This document shows, piece by piece, positions 47,701 through 56,783 of a stretch of 64,000 nucleotides of DNA (within the stretch, counting starts at the first letter, position 1; each line of letters starts with the position of its first letter). The stretch is from Phoronis australis (taxonomy: Eukaryota; Animalia; Phoronida), in the NCBI GenBank assembly GCA_002633005.1, contig NMRA01000185.1, positions 138,402 to 202,401 on the forward strand, in the 5' to 3' direction. The notes beneath the pieces are model-generated. The model did no database searches. It saw nothing but the letters and a program-made list of their open reading frames with translations, and had not been told where the DNA came from. The translations under genes and the position numbers were made by a program.

Positions 47701-48825
47701 ATTTAGTAGTGAGGTAATTAGGTGTAAGGCTATGTGTGGCTTTTTATGCGCCCACATATTTATATGTGGACGCATTAANTTGCGCCCATGGCTGTATCTC
47801 CCAAACCGTTTGCAGGATCTTTACTAATTTAACAAGTGTATTTATGTGATGTTGACAACGGACGATGACGACTTTAGGATGATTCTGACTACCGGTATGC
47901 CTCTAGTGGCAATTTAAATATTTCACATTGACCTCTGTATTTTCATAGGTCTTCAGGTGTATACTTTGTGTTACTTCGCGACTATGAAGGAAAAGTTCCA
48001 AGTAGAAATTTGTTTCTGGCATTCTAATGCTGTGCTAATCTTGTTTGTTGGTAAATTTGTTTTTAATTCTATGTTTCTGTGGTGCTTTAAGCAACTGATG
48101 CATAGGATGTGCTTGTATTATGAAGATCACTCACATTTTGAAACCTAGCCTATTGAGGAGACAATGACCATGCCTTTCCATTTTGCAAAGTACAACATAC
48201 TACATATATGCCCTATACTGGCCACTTTATGGTACCAATAAACAACCCTAGAAGGATACCATATACGGTGCAATTGTGGGCGCATTTCAACGCTCTGCGT
48301 GCTCTTGTTACACCATGAAGTTACAACGCCACACATAACCTTACACCAAATTACATCACTACTAAAGTCAAAGCAGTCAGAGATTCTCATTATTACACTA
48401 GAGCAAATGTTTCTGGATCCCTGGTGCCAGATAAACCTAAAAACAACTGTATCAAAAGAAACTTAATACCTACAGAGGTGCTGTCGCTGGGGACTGCTGT
48501 CTCGAAAGCATCCGATGTTCACGTCTTGAATGCTGCGTTATTCATTATTCAATGTCTTGCTGTATTTTGTTGATTCGGATGATCAAATAACATCCATACA
48601 ATGCACTACAGCATGTTGGCATTATGCTCTCAAACTTGTCTTTATGTTTCAGGTGGCCTAGGGGAAGCAGTCAAATCGGCGTGTGCGACATCAAGAGATG
48701 TGGTGGTGCGCCACCTAGCAGTGGGTGCAGTACCTCGCAGCGGGCCGTCTAAAGCACTGATGACTATTTTTGGTATCGACTCGACCGCGGTGATCAGAGC
48801 AGTAAAGGAGGTGTTGAAGATGTAA
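23655..48825 (+). CDS. TKT: Transketolase, complete, 627 aa: join(23655..23761,28340..28457,29308..29421,32541..32638,33196..33387,33935..34062,36365..36564,37550..37663,43049..43256,45460..45674,46420..46636,48653..48825)
   Basis: 12 GT-AG exons total 1884 nt with no internal stop. Motifs: GHPTS, LSKGH, LEGHP, TGSLGQG, GDGE...NRLGQS (ThDP binding), [57 protein letters not shown]. Confidence 0.97.
24098..26543. repeat. ~845-bp direct duplication (24098-24942 and 25693-26543) across the N at 24943, in TKT intron 1
   Basis: Near-identical copies, seen also as twin 60-aa ORFs at 24623 and 26224; the first copy ends exactly at the N. Confidence 0.9.
25012..25689. mobile_element. TA-flanked MITE with CCTAAAGTCGT(GAA) subterminal inverted repeats
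   Basis: TA on both flanks; CCTAAAGTCGTGAA at the left end and at ~25218; TTCACGACTTTAGG and ACGACTTTAGG at the right end; an empty site is visible at ~24075-24100. Confidence 0.7.
28340..28457 (+). CDS. TKT: TKT exon 2, [22 protein letters not shown]...DRLVLSK
   Basis: tttcag|T CAT...AAG|gttagt. Confidence 0.95.
29308..29421 (+). CDS. TKT: TKT exon 3, [15 protein letters not shown]...[14 protein letters not shown]
   Basis: gacag|GGT...CCG|gtaggt. Confidence 0.95.
30459..32368. mobile_element. Non-autonomous Kolobok-like element in TKT intron 3
   Basis: TTAA on both flanks; TIR GGTAGGTGTATACAC / GTGTATCCACCTACC; inward-facing GGGCGGAGCTTA boxes (~31194 and ~32158); decayed minus-strand peptides [13 protein letters not shown]. 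Confidence 0.85.
32541..32638 (+). CDS. TKT: TKT exon 4, [33 protein letters not shown]
   Basis: cttcag|CGT...GCA AG|gtaagg. Confidence 0.95.
33196..33387 (+). CDS. TKT: TKT exon 5, ThDP-binding GDGE...NRLGQS
   Basis: tttag|T TAC...TTT GG|gtatgg. Confidence 0.96.
33935..34062 (+). CDS. TKT: TKT exon 6, [10 protein letters not shown]...[10 protein letters not shown]
   Basis: ccag|G TGG...CTA G|gtaagt. Confidence 0.95.
34575..34770. repeat. ~71-bp tandem repeat (2 full units plus 1 partial), two hairpins per unit, downstream of the SGNH ORF
   Basis: CTGAAGTA at 34579, 34649 and 34721; hairpins GCACC-CAA-GGTGY and GTCCG-N6-YGGAC. Confidence 0.8.
34893..35498 (-). CDS. Intronless SGNH/GDSL hydrolase ORF (201 aa from ATG), probably retroelement-derived, antisense in TKT intron 6
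   Basis: All four SGNH blocks present: ILGSSY (I), GLSGAT (II), IAGNDL (III), DLLHL (V); strong C/T bias on the coding strand. Confidence 0.8.
   Translation of the reverse strand: MPPSCLILGSSYVRWLDAYLNSPAATDQGLTNLGFHASSVSINSLGLSGATLAPGPRSVRHLTPAIAEFSATLVFLQIAGNDLSHPQSHPLSLAHDLISFSESIIQSYPSVQSVIIGMVFLRFHDDGTFNTRCQSLNFHLKCLLADHPTVFLWTHRGGFWQDPLHLYRPDLLHLNPSGIRKQALSVRFAFGHHLRRLGLLS
36365..36564 (+). CDS. TKT: TKT exon 7, [11 protein letters not shown]...PPKYELGQK
   Basis: cctcag|GG CAG...AAG|gtaggg. Confidence 0.95.
37550..37663 (+). CDS. TKT: TKT exon 8, [15 protein letters not shown]...[14 protein letters not shown]
   Basis: cccag|GTG...AAG|gtaact. Confidence 0.95.
37905..42643 (-). mobile_element. 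Defective Sola3-like DDD DNA transposon in TKT intron 8
   Basis: TTAA on both flanks; TIR GAGCAATTCCATATAAAAACC vs GGTTTTTATATGGAATCATTC. Minus-strand transposase pieces: [47 protein letters not shown], a C2H2 finger ([20 protein letters not shown]) and [15 protein letters not shown]. One intron (~41387-40909), a nonsense codon at 40533-40535 and frameshifts. Confidence 0.85.
42838..43099 (+). repeat. 95-bp tandem triplication of the TKT exon 9 acceptor plus the first ~51 exon nt
   Basis: TAATTGTYTCCSCTTGCAC at 42838, 42933 and 43028, each followed by GAnGTTAAC...TTCATWGCTG...AAYATG. Confidence 0.9.
43049..43256 (+). CDS. TKT: TKT exon 9, [17 protein letters not shown]...SHCGVSIG
   Basis: gcacag|GAC...ATA G|gtgagt. 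Confidence 0.96.
43397..45036 (+). mobile_element. Helentron/HINE (DINE-1/pearl-like) non-autonomous element, copy A, with an internal ~143-bp (3-mer ~430-bp) tandem array
   Basis: TTTTTATGCG start; ...GTGGGCACATTTCAACGCTCCGCGTTGCTCTTGTT end; homologous to copies B and C. Confidence 0.8.
45140..45430 (+). repeat. Degenerate ~101-bp tandem repeat (~2.8 copies) just upstream of TKT exon 10
   Basis: AAATTTTRTYAAT...AATAAGTTTTCA...GCTGAATARGTGAA recurring at ~45146, 45246 and 45348. Confidence 0.75.
45460..45674 (+). CDS. TKT: TKT exon 10, [11 protein letters not shown]...FEVGKAK
   Basis: atacag|GT GAG...AAG|gtgtgt. Confidence 0.96.
45885..46003. repeat. Second copy of the short palindromic repeat at 6742-6822
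   Basis: ATAACGTGCTCACATTTTGAGAA...TTCTCAAAATGTGGGCACGTCAT. Confidence 0.7.
46420..46636 (+). CDS. TKT: TKT exon 11, [18 protein letters not shown]...VEDHYYE
   Basis: gtacag|GTT...GAA G|gtaagg. Confidence 0.96.
47524..48530. mobile_element. Foldback element with ~210-bp inverted arms (47524-47740 / 48328-48530), interrupted by HINE copy B
   Basis: AGAATCTCCGACTGCTTTGAATTTAGTAGTGAGGTAATTAGGTGTAAGGCTATGTGTGGC is mirrored by GCCACACATAACCTTACACCAAATTACATCACTACTAAAGTCAAAGCAGTCAGAGATTCT. Confidence 0.85.
47741..48309 (+). mobile_element. Helentron/HINE copy B (contains the N at 47779; array probably collapsed)
   Basis: 5' hairpin ATGCGCCCACATAT-TT-ATATGTGGACGCAT; 3' GTGGGCGCATTTCAACGCTCTGCGTGCTCTTGTT. 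Confidence 0.8.
48653..48825 (+). CDS. TKT: TKT exon 12 (terminal), GLGEAV...[17 protein letters not shown]...VLKM*
   Basis: tttcag|GT GGC...TAA. Confidence 0.95.
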
Positions 48826-49681
48826 TGACCGACAATCGTCGTTGTTGCGGCTAGCACGGGCCATCGTATACGCAGAGGATCGTGGGATAGCTGTCATGCA
48901 GAGCAGCATCGACAGTAGAAGATATGTGATATATAGAAATCACTTCATTGCAGTACCATTTCAAGCAGCCAGAGGTTACTTTTTCCTATGTACGAATATA
49001 CAGGTAGAATCTTTTCAAAATCAAGTGCCAGTTTCCCGGGCAGACTATCGCCTTCGTGACATCATTGATTTAAGATTGGATGACTCGAATGTCACATATT
49101 TATGCTCGAGGAAGCACACGCATTGTTTTTTCGCTTTCCGTGGGAGTGGTCGCGTGACACAAGATCAAGAAATTAAAGGTGTAGCTCAGTGATTGCTGTT
49201 AGCAATTGAACAGGGCACTCGTTGTGCACTTTTTTGGAGGTGCTGTGGTTTCTTTCATTAAATGCAGAATAAGGGTAACTATTAACATAGGCATAAAACC
49301 TTTTGTCGACTACAAGTGGGCCTTGGGTTTTTGACAAAATGAGCCGTTGTAGTTTGATGAAGTGTGTGACTAGCTTTGTATAAGAATACTAATGAATACA
49401 GGTTGGAAAGTTTTTGACAAATTTGCTCACGCGTTGACGGATTAGGATACGTCCATTATTGTTTATGCTACAAAATTGCTAGATGCAGGTGTTTGTGGTC
49501 GTAACAGATATGCTTGTTCTAGTTTGGATTATTTGAAGTGATGTGACATAATCTATGCATTTACTCCTGTACTCGTTTGAAATTCATCTCTGTGAGAATG
49601 GGCAAGTTGGCCTGCTTCATGAATGATCGCAATACAAATTAACTGTATGGAACATTATTATGTGATTGATTTTGCCAAGAA

Positions 49682-49687
49682 AATAAA
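49682..49687 (+). terminator. Candidate TKT polyadenylation signal AATAAA
   Basis: First clear AATAAA, ~860 nt after the stop, with U/GU-rich sequence downstream. Confidence 0.45.
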
Positions 49688-52236
49688 TTCCAAACAATTA
49701 TGCAGGGCAAGCTGCAATTTCTTTTATGGGCGTTTGAACAATTATGTTTAAGTAGCCTTTACTCAGCACAATCGTCTCAATTTCCACCATGTGGATTTAC
49801 AATTTAGGTTTAAAGCACTTGGGTCCCGAAATGTCACCTACGAACGTTTTTTTTTTTTGATATTTTCTTTTGTACTAAAATTCACATTTGCGTTTTTACA
49901 AGAATATTTTCATTTACTCTGTGGCCACTAGATTCAAGCTATGACTTGAAATTTAGAATTCAGACTTTGTCTTGCTGTAGAGTCTCCTCTAGTAATAACT
50001 TGAATCGGTGTCTGTAAAAATTCATCATGCATTCAAATTCAGTTGTCCTGAGTTTACAATAATTTGAACAGGAAATGAAATTCCAATTTAGAGATAGGAT
50101 TTTAGCCCTTGATATTTTAATGCCAAAACCATGTCATCATTTTCGTTTCAGAATGGAGTCCCTGCTACATGATCATGTATTTTTACTGTACCTATAAATT
50201 TGAGCTACAATCCCCTAAACATCAGACCCTGATCAGCAATTCCGCGGTACAAATCCCCACACCCACATGCTAGATTCCACACACCCATCGGAAATGCACG
50301 GTACCAGGGCACACCTCCAATTGCAACCATGGAATTTTGTTCCGCGGAATTCGATCACTAGGTATGAAACATTTTCGGTGACAGTCTGGTGATTTGTACC
50401 ATGCATTTGTCGTCTGCTAGTCCTCAACTTCAGAGATTGCAGTTGGAATTTAGAGGCACAGACATGTTGTTTTATTGCACGCCTTGAAATTTCAGAATTT
50501 GAAGAAAAAGATACCCTATCACATTTCATTAAGTTTTTAAACGTAATGACTTCCATGTTGATCATTTGGGCATAGATAAAAACAAGACTAGTAATGGGTT
50601 TTAATCATAGACTCTCTAAAAGCAACAAAATCACACATCAAAATAAGTGTTAAAATCACAGCAAAATTCACAAGATTACATAGTAGTGTACCTAACAAAC
50701 ATTTGTATTGAATCACAGCAAAGTCCACTGATCTAATGTGATCTTGTTAAAAATGGCCCAACAATCACAGAAAATTCATTTCTTGGTAGCATAATGATTT
50801 GGTTCATCTTCTGTTGTTCAAATGTAGCGAGTTATTGATTGTTATTACATAATACAACACTGAACGAAATGGTGTTCCATAGGTTGCTTAAACAGAAACA
50901 ATCACAACTTGAGAAGTTTGAGACTTGAGCTTAACCCAATAAAACACTGTGATACTTTTTCAACAAATTTCTGAACCTGTGATGTCACAGTCACATGGTA
51001 CAGATGCAATATTGGAGGTGATATGCGTGCACTCCATGCATAAGATAATGACACATCAGACCTCATTTTTTGCTTTGTCAGAGATATTTGATGGCAAATT
51101 CAGAACCAAGTACCTTCCAAGTATTTGGTAAGTTATAATATATTCAAAATGTTGTCTCAACTGACTTGATTTTGCTTAATTTTCAACATCGGGGTGTCTG
51201 TGTTGCATTGTCCTAGACACGGACCAGCGAAACAGAGATGCAAAGGTATGGGCTTATAGGTAAGATCTTGCGATACATCTCGTGCAAAAAGCATCGTATT
51301 AATGAAAATAACTAGAAATCTTGAGCATAGAGAATTAAAGAGCTAACTAAATTAAGATAATCACAACCTCTTCTTATCTGATTACTTAGATGTTGCTAAT
51401 TATCAATCATATTTTCCACCTGTCCAAATGTAATCAGTGAAGTGTTATTAATTAGTACAACCCTTACAAATCGCCAGCTCAATTCGTGTTCAGTTTCAGC
51501 AATTAAGTCAAAAAACGTCTAAAAAGCTTGAGCAAAGATAAGCAGACATTGGGGTAGGTATCGTACAGAACTTGAACATGAAACAGCAATGTGTTGCTGT
51601 TACGTATTACACAATTTGAAGACGCGAGAAAATAATTATCCACCACATAGTTTCCTAAATGGGCCAGATCTTAAAGAATGGCCGCTAACATGAAAGTCTA
51701 ACACTTGATCCTTGATAGTTCCACATCTGAACAGCCACTGAACAGATAACATCCTTATGCAATGTATACACTTATGATTTTAAGGTGAAGAAAATCAAAA
51801 ATAACTTCAACTAACAAACCAATTATCTTTGATAATTACATAAATTCTTGAACAGTCGGAGTTTAGATTTCACATATTCCATGAAAATGGGGAAGAAAAG
51901 TAGATACTTGCTTGACTTGTGTTAAAACTTGAAGGAAATTTGTAAGTAATCAATATGACGTTTTAATGTTAGTTCCATCAGTACTTGAACATCCACTTAG
52001 CAGACCTCGTCTTCACTTAATGGTGTAGAGTTTGAACACTTAACATGACCGGGATTGTGCTAACAGAGCTGCCGTAGTCTGCCAAAGCGTTGCCATAGTA
52101 ATTGGTATCGGTGATATGTTTCTTGCATCTAGTATTGTAGTTAGGAGTGGTGACAGCCTTCAGTCGCTAGAAGGAGGCAAAGAATTTGAGGTATACAACG
52201 TGAAATAAGTATATCTTGAAAGTTGGGTAAATTAAC

Positions 52237-53967
52237 AACAAGAGCAACGCGGAGCGTTGAAATGAGCCCACGAATGCATCGCAAATGGTGTGCTTTTAGG
52301 GTTACTTATTTGTGTGATAAAAATGGCCACTAGATGGCGCAAAAACAGACAATCCATCAGAAAACGGGAACATGTCATTGCTTCTTTAATAGAAAGCGAT
52401 ATACCAAATTTCATAAAAATCCGTCACGGAACTTCAGAGAAACAAAGGAAAACAGAATAAAATTAAAATGCCACTAGGGGGCAGTGTTCATTGGATCCGC
52501 CTGAAAGTCGTCATGGTCTGTTGTTAGCTTCATATAAATACACTTATTACAAAATTTAATAAAGATTCTGCAGGGGGTTAAGGAGATACAGCTATGGGCA
52601 CAAAACAAAACTACCACTAGGTGGCGCCAGAGTAGTCAAAGTCGTCATCATTAACTGTCCTCTTCACACTGAGCACATACACGCCAATTTTCAAAACCAT
52701 CCATGGAATGATTTGGTTGACAGAGAGGTAGACGCCAAAAAGAGACTCGAAAACAGCAAAAATGGCCACTAGCTGGCACAAAGTACTTTGATACCATCAG
52801 AAAACGAGAGGATAGATGCCCGTATTCAAAATTTTATGAAAATCTGTTTAAGACCTATGAAGAGACAGAGCCAAACGTAAAACTAAAATTATCACCAGGG
52901 GGCATACCAGTAGTCAGATCCATCCCAAAATCATCATCGTCTGTTGTCAACAACATATAAACACACTTCTTAAATTTAGTTAAGACCCTGCAAAAGGTTT
53001 ACGAGATACATCCATGGGCGCAAAAAAAGAAACTGCCACTAGGAGGCGCCACAGTAGTCGAAGTCATCGGAAAATCATCCTCAGCTGTCCACTTCATAGT
53101 AAAAACATACATGCTAATTTTCACAATTATCCTGAAAGCGGTTTGGTTGATAGAGGGTGGATGCCAAAAACAGTAAAAATGGCCACTAGGTTGCGCAAAC
53201 TAGGTCAAATGCATCTGAATACAGAAAGGTAGCGTCACCTCACTAACAGAAGCCAGTACGTCAAATTTTATGAAATTACTTTGAGAACCTTTGAAGATAA
53301 AGAGGTAAACGTAAAAAATAAAATTGCCACTACGTGGCACACCAGTAGTCAGATCCGTCCGAACGTCATTGCCGACCATTGTCAACATCATATAAATGCA
53401 CTTACTAAATTTAGTAAAGATGCTGCAAACGGTTTAGGAGATATAGCCATTGGCGCAAAACTGCCACTAGGAGACGCCACAGCAGTTGAAGTCCGAAAAT
53501 CAACGTCAACTGTCCTCTAACATACATGCCAATTTTCACAATCATGCTTAAAGCGGTTTGGTTGATAGAGAGGTGGACGTCATAAAACAGACTCGAAAAC
53601 AGTAAAAATGGCCACTAAGTGGCGCAAACTACGTCGAATCCATCCAAAAACGGAGGATATCGTTGTCCTACTAATAGATGCCTATAAACCAAATTTTATG
53701 AAAATACATTGAGGACTTTTGAAGATACAGAGATAAACGTAAAAAAATAAAATTGCTACTAGAGGACAAACCGGTAGTCGGATCTGTCCGAAAGTTCGCT
53801 CATGCCGTCCGATCCATGAAAGGAACATATGTTCAAAATTTCATGAACATACATACATTGGTTTTGGAGATAGAGCAGCAGACGCCGGACGGACGCTGCC
53901 TGGATGGACGGATGGATGCAGATGACGGCATAATGCGTCCACATATAAATATGTAGGCGCATGAAAA
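52237..53967 (-). mobile_element. Helentron/HINE copy C (inverted, most complete) with an internal tandem array
   Basis: Minus strand: TTTTCATGCGCCTACATAT-TT-ATATGTGGACGCAT hairpin, then a (GTCC/ATCC)n microsatellite, ~12 subunits of ~143 bp, and a ...GCGTTGCTCTTGTT end. Confidence 0.85.
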
Positions 53968-54556
53968 TGACAAATCTGTACTTGTTCCATATTTAAATAC
54001 ATGCTTAACTAGCTCATTTGAAAGGATTAACCATACAAATTTTGAAGTGGGATTCCTAGATAAAAAAACACCACCCCAGTTCTGTAAGTCAAATTTCAAT
54101 TACTTAGTACCTACCTCCATGATTCATGAAAGAAAAATTGCAAACTTAAAGTATATCAGTCAAATTTAACTGCGTAGTGAATTCCAAAAACTTAAGAACA
54201 TTATCCCAGCAGCTACTGTTGAATTCTACGCCGATGAAGGGCACAGACAAATGAATGAACATGTAATAATTACACATTACAAATCTCCCCAACAGCCTGA
54301 ATGTCCACGATGGGCAACGGGCCACAGACCACAGGGTAAGGCAGTAGATTCCCCTGGGTATTCACCACTTCTGTTGTTACAAAACAAAAAATATTTGCCA
54401 ACAAACACACAGAGAAGCAAGCAGCCTAACACGTGTATAAAGCGTAGTTGTTAAAACACACAGGCACCAGATCACTTGAAGAATGAAAAAGGGGGCACAA
54501 AACCTGAACAGAGCACAACAGCCTCATCGGAGTTATGGCGCGAAGGTTTGGAGTTA

Positions 54557-55124
54557 GGGCTGTTCCAGTAAAATCTGTATGGTAGGGGGGGAAGGCACCT
54601 TTTTTCGCACCCACCACCCATATTTTTCATTTATTTCTTCAGCCTACCACCCATAATTTTTTATTAGTTTGAAATGTAACCACCCGTAATTTTTTTTGTT
54701 CTTGTGGTTGACTGCACAGGCGCATGAGTTTATCTGTTCCTCCATCACCACTAACGTCATTCATTACTAAGAAAACATATGTTTCTTATATATGGTTATT
54801 AGCCATCGATAAATTCGAGCACCTGTGGTTAAATGGTGGTATTGGCATGCCGATGAGAAGATCGGAGGGAGTGAAAAAGTCAGAGCTTTTTGCAAGTTGC
54901 ATTTTTGTTTCAGTTTTTGATTCTGTGCGGATTGTTTATAAAATTTACTAAAATTACCCACCATCAAACATTTATGGTCCAACGAAACAACAACGACCTG
55001 TAAATTTTTATTTTTTTGAAGTACGACCACCAGCCATTTTGAATTTAAATCAAACGCAACCACCCATAAATTTTTATTTCAGTTGCCTTCCCCCCCTCCC
55101 ACACAGATTTTGTTGGAACAGCCC
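54557..55124. mobile_element. PIF/Harbinger-type MITE (568 bp)
   Basis: TTA TSD; ~40-bp TIRs GGGCTGTTCCA.TAAAATCTGT.TGG..GGGGGG.AAGGCA; internal ACCACCCRTAATTTTT repeats. Confidence 0.85.
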
Positions 55125-55479
55125 TTATAAAACAAAATCAGAATGAGAATTAAATTTACAGACTATTTTGACAATTGTTAATTCAAACAGGAAATGAAAA
55201 TGAATGCAGCACGACATATCTAAAATCTTATTATCTAAAATCTACTGACTCAACTCACACCAACCTGTACCATATTTATAGTGGCACCACGTTACGGTCT
55301 TTTTAAGGTCATACATATTTATTCCATAATACACAGAACAATCAAGAAGAATAATGAGAAACCCATAAATCGCGAGGCATTATGTCCGGGTTGTAGACAG
55401 TACATAAATGAAACTAGTATACATAGAACTATTATATTAGTAGTATCTAATATAAGTATTCATTGACAAAATATTTAGA

Positions 55480-55900
55480 TATGCTATGCACAGACAGAAG
55501 CAACGGGATTTATAAGTGATGCATAATCATTTACTAACACTACTTAAAAGGAATTCATTGAGAAAAAGGTCAAAGTTTAGACTACCATTTAATAATAGTG
55601 TAACTTTAGTAGAGATATTATTACTGGAATTGAAAGGATTTATAATTAATTGGTTTGTATTGAGTGCGCGAAAGAGTGAGTTCCTCTGGCATTCTATGAT
55701 GGTAACCACATTTACAGTTTGGAGAGACATTACTTAAGTTGTGCCTAAACTTCTTGGAGTTGAGGAAAAGATGGCATCTCGATCGATAGAATGCTATTTC
55801 GTTTTCGTAGGGCAACGAGAATTGTGTCAGAGCTATTGAGTTGTCAAAATTATGAAAAACAGTTTTAAATTTGTTTTTTATATTAGTGAATGAGTTGCTT
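55480..55900 (-). mobile_element. CR1-like LINE ORF2 3' fragment
   Basis: Frameshifted SPNCKCG...LLNGSLNFDLFLNEFL..SV, resembling the CR1 ORF2 C-terminal Cys-rich tail. Confidence 0.6.
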
Positions 55901-56621
55901 TCCTAATAGAGACTGGCCATCTCCAGGTGGTGCTGCATTCTTGTTGAGCTTACAAGAACAAGCTCAGTGACTGTGTGGTACACACATGGTGGTCAGTGGT
56001 GAGCACTTCCTACTTTAATTCTGTGTTTTTCCTTGAAGCACGATAGGATTTGAACTGGAGACATTTTGATTGTCAGTCCAATGCTCTCATGCTCATTGGT
56101 CACTACAGACAGGTGCACCACATATCTGCCGTGTGCTCGTTCTAAGAATGTTGCAACACCTGAAGATCTTGACAAGACAAATGGTCATCCAAAACATCAT
56201 GCCAATGTACATAGACTGGAGATACAGTGATACTTCACTGCCTAAAATTTAGTGGTTTTGGACGTCGATGTAGTATATAGTGATGCATGAGTTGACTAGT
56301 CGAGAAGTCATCAATTGTGACCTGGATGTCGTGGAGATGGGTATAACAGTTCGGTCATTTGAAAACAAATGCTTGACATCAATCTCTCAGCAAACAAAAC
56401 CTTTTAGCTCGAGCTTATAAAGTAATAAATTAGCACAGCTAGGTTATAAGGACAGGCAAGGGTAACACCAGTGTTAATGTTATTACACACAAGAAGTGCA
56501 CACTCGTTACGCGCCACACATGTAGGCAGTAATACAAGGGTTACAAAACCAGCCATGGCATGCTAAAACAACACCAGGTTGAGTTATTCCACGCTTGCAC
56601 AACATTCCCATGACCTACCCC

Positions 56622-56783
56622 TCAGACATTGCTGGCGAAATCGTTCAGGGGAGGTTTTTCAGTTGACGGCACAGCCACGTACGTGTCATAGCTAGAGTAG
56701 ACACTGGCAACAGAGGGGTCATTACTAAACACATTCAGTTTTTGATGCGGCTTTAGGTTGGGGGATGTGATAGTCTGCCAACG
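56622..56783 (-). CDS. SLC6 terminal coding exon, [14 protein letters not shown]...NDFASNV*
   Basis: cttccag|CGT TGG CAG...GTC TGA. Confidence 0.8.
   Translation of the reverse strand, partial: RWQTITSPNLKPHQKLNVFSNDPSVASVYSSYDTYVAVPSTEKPPLNDFASNV

Noticed and set aside
55993-56175. ORF as the SLC6 terminal coding exon
   Set aside because: The exon at 56622-56783 is in the right phase, starts with the RWQ motif and has the stop; this segment is at most UTR
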